This document shows positions 62,079 through 64,000 of a DNA stretch of 64,000 nt, one piece after another. The DNA is from a virus: the IMG/VR virus record IMGVR_UViG_3300035169_000077, positions 34,688-98,687 of that record; one strand, written 5' to 3'. How positions within the stretch are numbered: the first letter of the stretch is position 1; each line of letters begins with the position of its first letter. Under the pieces are notes generated by a model that saw only the letters and a list, made by a program, of their open reading frames with translations, was not told the origin of the DNA and made no database searches. Both the position numbers and the translations under genes were made by a program.

Positions 62079-62417
62079 TCACGCGGGCCTCGCCGACACC
62101 GCGGCGTCGGAGCCGCCTCGCCTCATGGCGACCACGCGAGGTCCGTTTGGACCCAGGATGGTGAGAAGCCCCTTGTAGTCGGTGTTGTATCGGGGCTGCT
62201 CAATGGCGATCGCAACCTTTTCAGCGCCCTCTGCCGCCTGCCTGTTCTCCATCCACGCCACCTCCGACCTTGCGACCTCGGGCCACCATGGCTTCGTGGA
62301 CTTATGCCCCCTGAACCTTCGCTTCGGGTTGCACGAACTGCCGATGTACAGCAAGTCGCCGTCTGCGTTGAACAGCCGGTAAACAGCGACCGGACGGGTT
62401 TCGGGAACTGGGCTCAC
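62079..62417 (-). CDS. GIY-YIG nuclease domain protein
   Basis: VYRLF...LLYIG.S.NPKRR..GH...E..AI..EQPRYN. Confidence 0.85.
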   Translation of the reverse strand: MSPVPETRPVAVYRLFNADGDLLYIGSSCNPKRRFRGHKSTKPWWPEVARSEVAWMENRQAAEGAEKVAIAIEQPRYNTDYKGLLTILGPNGPRVVAMRRGGSDAAVSARPA

Positions 62418-62428
62418 CCACCCCACGG

Positions 62429-62956
62429 CTACGCCTTCGCCACGGAGATCCCGGTGACCGGGACCGCCCCGAGGGCCTCGCGGGCGACGGGCAGCGCCGC
62501 CGTCACCGCCCCGCCTGCGTCGGCGGACTCCACGATCATGCGGACCAGCAGCCCCGGGCCTTCCGCCTCCGCTGTCGCCTCGCTGATCATCGGCTGCCCG
62601 TCCGCTTCGGCCCTGAGCCGGCCCGACGCGGCCTTCGCCCCGTCCGCGCCCGACCCGGACCGGAACTCGACCCGCCACCGCAGCCGCTCCAGCACCGTCG
62701 TCTTCCGGCCGTGCTCCACGAGGATCAGCCCCTCCTCGCCGGCTCGCGCGAATGCCCGGTTAGCGACGGAGTAGTCTGCGCCGACCTCCGACGCCAGTGC
62801 GGCGATGGTACTGGGGCCGCGCCCGTCGATGATGCGCTGGCGAAGCGCGGCGACTGCCCGCCCGTAGGCGGTGCGCGCGTCTGCCACCAGCTCTCCCTGT
62901 CCTGTCGTCGGGGCTACCGCCCAATCGTAGGGGCCGGCCTCCTGAGTTCCCAGCAC
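62429..62956 (-). CDS. GntR-like wHTH regulator
   Basis: LRQRI..G..PSTIAALASEVG...RAF...EEGLI..EHGRKT. Confidence 0.7.
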   Translation of the reverse strand: MLGTQEAGPYDWAVAPTTGQGELVADARTAYGRAVAALRQRIIDGRGPSTIAALASEVGADYSVANRAFARAGEEGLILVEHGRKTTVLERLRWRVEFRSGSGADGAKAASGRLRAEADGQPMISEATAEAEGPGLLVRMIVESADAGGAVTAALPVAREALGAVPVTGISVAKA

Positions 62957-63022
62957 GCCCTCGTCACGCTCCTTCGGTTAGTCCGTGATGACATGTGTCA
63001 TGACTTCATCTATGCTAAGCCC

Positions 63023-63289
63023 ATGAGGACAAGAACACCCCTCACCATGACCCCGCGCAGGCTGCCCGCTATCGCCGCCCTGCGCCGGTACGCGGACGCC
63101 GTGCGCGCATGGTCGGAGTACAACATCGCCCAGAATGCCACCGGAGCCGGCTGGCTGACTGAGGAGTGGGAGCGGCTGGACAGCGAGTACCAGGAGGCTT
63201 CCGCGGCCGTCCCCCGGTGGCTGGCCGCGCCGATCCGCTGGCGGATCTTCCGCCGGCTCGACTACTTCCGCTGGACGGGGCAGGCATGA
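63023..63289 (+). CDS. Hypothetical protein
   Basis: TATGCT-N6-ATG; coupled to whiB. Confidence 0.6.
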   Translation: MRTRTPLTMTPRRLPAIAALRRYADAVRAWSEYNIAQNATGAGWLTEEWERLDSEYQEASAAVPRWLAAPIRWRIFRRLDYFRWTGQA

Positions 63290-63723
63290 ACCGCCGCGCT
63301 GCCCTCGCCTTCAGCCCCGGCGCGGCCGGCCCCCTGCTCGCGGAGGCCCGGCCTGACCTGCCGTGGCAGGCCCGTGGCCTGTGCGCGCAGACGGATCCCG
63401 AGGCGTTCTTCCCTGAGCCGGGTGCCCCCAACTGGCGGGCCAAGCGGGTCTGCCGCAGCTGCCCGGTCAGGCGCGAGTGCCTCTCCTTCGCCGTGGACAA
63501 CGGCGAGGAATACGGCATCTGGGGCGGCCTGTCCGCGCATGAGCGCCGCCAGGTCGCGCCTCCCGCCGCTGACATGCCTGCTGAGCGCCGCTGCATGAAG
63601 GGCCTGCACGCCATGACGCCGGAGAACACGATCGGCTCTGGCTCGTGCCGTGCCTGCCGGAAGGCCGCCGATAGGGCGAGGCACCGCAGGCAGGCCCGGG
63701 AGGCCCTCAGTGCGGCAGCGTGA
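63286..63723 (+). CDS. whiB: WhiB-family transcription factor with C-terminal Cys/His extension
   Basis: WQARGLCAQTDPEAFFP, AKRVCRSCPVRREC, YGIWGGLS.HERR. Confidence 0.93.
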   Translation: MNRRAALAFSPGAAGPLLAEARPDLPWQARGLCAQTDPEAFFPEPGAPNWRAKRVCRSCPVRRECLSFAVDNGEEYGIWGGLSAHERRQVAPPAADMPAERRCMKGLHAMTPENTIGSGSCRACRKAADRARHRRQAREALSAAA

Positions 63724-63768
63724 CCGGTGCGGTGAGCGCCGGATGGACAACCCGAAGGGAAAATCACC

Positions 63769-63984
63769 TTGAAACCTCTTATCGGCTTCGCCCTCGTGGT
63801 GGGCGACGTCATCCTCGTCAGGGCGGTGACCAACACCTTCCGCGCGCACCAGTTGCACGGCGCGGCGCTGGCGGTGTACGTCGTCGCGGTGCTGGTCAGC
63901 ATCGCGCTGTGGGGATGGGTGCTGCGCCGCAAGCCGGCCAAGCCCGCAGCGCGGCCCTACGTCCCGTACGGCGGTGGCCGCTGA
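63769..63984 (+). CDS. Small two-TM membrane protein
   Basis: GAAGGGA RBS; two hydrophobic segments. Confidence 0.65.
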   Translation: MKPLIGFALVVGDVILVRAVTNTFRAHQLHGAALAVYVVAVLVSIALWGWVLRRKPAKPAARPYVPYGGGR

Positions 63985-64000
63985 TGAACGCCGCCTTGCA

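Larger units (their letters stand above)
1..64000. mobile_element. Temperate actinobacteriophage genome segment (attP-containing, probably non-integrated)
   Basis: Endolysin, tail-fibre genes, tyrosine integrase with attP, repressor/cro pairs, replication initiator, WhiB, dense overlapping small ORFs; no host housekeeping operons. Confidence 0.93.

Noticed and set aside
15423-63723. Many proteins end in -AA, like ssrA/ClpX degrons
   Set aside because: Largely explained by GC bias and by RBS/stop-start overlaps such as GAGGTGGCGGCGTGA; cannot be supported without statistics, though plausible for Xis and Cro

Overview
The whole window reads as about 64 kb of a temperate actinobacteriophage genome (very GC-rich; carries WhiB, BldC-like and gp3-like genes). 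It appears to be the non-integrated form, because an intact attP (3' half of tRNA-Pro(CGG) plus arm-type repeats) sits between phage genes. From left to right: a PLD-domain gene invaded by an HNH endonuclease; a lysis cassette; a tRNA-like RNA; two paralogous tail-fibre/receptor-binding genes, one ending in a GH12-like domain; a CCA-adding/HD enzyme coupled to a Pol-beta nucleotidyltransferase; xis/cro/repressor/integrase/attP; a structured RNA candidate and a CCA-less initiator tRNA; a long leftward array of small early genes with the replication initiator (internal iterons), HNH nucleases, a gp3-like protein and an exonuclease; a second cro/repressor switch; a regulator-rich accessory island; a PIN toxin-antitoxin operon; and WhiB. 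The best leads are (1) a possible phage tRNA-maintenance or decoy system (two nucleotidyltransferases, a CCA-less tRNA-fMet, a tRNA-like RNA with a ~44-nt expanded anticodon domain and unassigned structured RNAs) and (2) a free-standing homing endonuclease that appears to supply a recoded 3' end for the gene it invades. All family calls come from motifs recognised by eye; no database search was run. Many small hypothetical genes are grouped rather than listed singly.
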